From contig NIVC01000763.1 of the NCBI GenBank assembly GCA_002269645.1, positions 186,001 to 250,000 on the forward strand: a stretch of DNA of 64,000 nucleotides. Reading direction: 5' to 3'. Shown in pieces: positions 62,600-64,000 of the stretch. The position numbers and the translations under genes were made by a program. Numbering within the stretch: position 1 is the stretch's first letter; every line of letters starts with the position of its first letter. Below the pieces are notes generated by a model. That model did no database searches and had not been told where the DNA came from. It worked only from the letters and a program-made list of their open reading frames with translations. Source of the stretch: Macrostomum lignano. Taxonomy: Eukaryota.

Positions 62600-64000
62600 T
62601 TTCTGACAGATTCTCTACACAGATGCTGACAGATGCTGACAGATGCTGACAGATTCTCTTGACAGATGCTGACAGATGCTGACAGATTCTCTTGACAGAT
62701 GCTGACAGATGCTGACAGATTCTCTACACAGATGCTGACAGATGCTGACAGATGCTGACAGATTCTCTACACAGATGCTGACAGATGCTGACAGATGCTG
62801 ACAGATTCTCTTGATAGATGCTGACAGATGCTGACAGATTCTCTTGACAGATGCTGACAGATGCTGACACATTCTCTTGACAGATGCTGACACATTCTCT
62901 TGACAGATGCTGACACATTCTCTTGACAGATGCTGACACATTCTCTTGACAGATGCTGACACATTCTCTTGACAGATGCTGACAGAATCCCTTGACAGAT
63001 GCTGACACATTCTCTTGGAAGATGCTGACACATTCTCTTGACAGATGCTGACAGACTCTCTTGACAGATGCTGACAGATGCTGACACATTCTCTTGACAG
63101 ATGCTGACAGAATCCCTTGACAGATGCTGACACATTCTCTTGGCAGATGCTGACACATTCTCTTGACAGATGCTGACAGACTCTCTTGACAGATGCTGAC
63201 AGATGCTGACACATTCTCTTGACAGATGCTGACACATTCTCTTGACAGATGCTGACACATTCTCTTGACAGATGCTGACACATTCTCTTGACGGATGCTG
63301 ACAGATGCTGACACATTCTCTTGACAGATGCTGACACATTCTCCTGACGGATGCTGACAGATGCTGACAGATGCTGACACATTCTCTTGACAGATGCTGA
63401 CACATTCTCTTGACAGATGCTGACACATTCTCTTGACAGATGCTGACAGAATCCCTTGACAGATGCTGACACATTCTCTTGGCAGATGCTGATACATTCT
63501 CTTGACAGATGCTGACAGACTCTCTTGACAGATGCTGACAGATGCTGACACATTCTCTTGACAGATGCGGACAGATGCTGACAGATGCTGACACATTCTC
63601 TTGACAGATACTGACAGAATCCCTTGACAGATGCTGACACATTCTCTTGGCAGATGCTGACACATTCTCTTGACAGATGCTGACAGACTCTCTTGACAGA
63701 TGCTGACAGATGCTGACACATTCTCTTGACAGATGCTGACAGAATCCCTTGACAGATGCTGACACATTCTCTTGGCAGATGCTGACACATTCTCTTGACA
63801 GATGCTGACAGACTCTCTTGACGGATGCTGACAGATGCTGACACATTCTCTTGACAGATGCTGACGCATTCTCTTGACAGATGCTGACGCATTCTCTTGA
63901 CAGATGCTGACAGAATCCCTTGACAGATGCTGACACATTCTCTTGGCAGATGCTGACACATTCTCTTGACAGATGCTGACAGACTCTCTTGACGGATGCT
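62600..64000. repeat. Modular array of 10-bp (GATGCTGACA) and 13-bp (CATTCTCTTGACA) blocks with a 125-bp higher-order repeat; runs off the window end
   Basis: GAATCCC variant at 62985/63110 and 63617/63742 (125 bp apart). Confidence 0.96.

Overview
Eukaryotic (animal) genomic DNA. GC-rich exons with minisatellite-filled introns and this gene set suggest a Macrostomum-like flatworm; that is inference, not a database result. No prokaryotic systems are supported. Genes were reconstructed by hand from splice sites and frame continuity. Minus strand: a 3-exon SPR/MIP-receptor-like class A GPCR (14823->5652), a 7-exon UBE4A U-box ligase (30957->23203, about 1052 aa), an intronless LSM14 (34341->32926), and a C-type lectin/PAN-like gene broken by an in-frame TAG (62360->61608). 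Plus strand: a divergent 2-exon 7TM receptor with a signal peptide and long N-terminus (39479-41377), two tandem 4-exon ABCA paralogues (43236-48620; 53494-60051), and a frameshifted F-type-lectin-like exon. About 28 tandem arrays, two tRNA-derived SINE families and a MITE fill the rest. The most striking signal is a SINE copy at about 36.2 kb in which 13 of 16 CpA/TpG sites in a 77-nt stretch have become TpA relative to two sister copies, a RIP-like signature in an animal genome. Other highlights: ABCA paralogue 1 has an intact ORF but both ATPase sites degenerate, each UBE4A intron carries its own array, and many unrelated arrays share a TGACA core.
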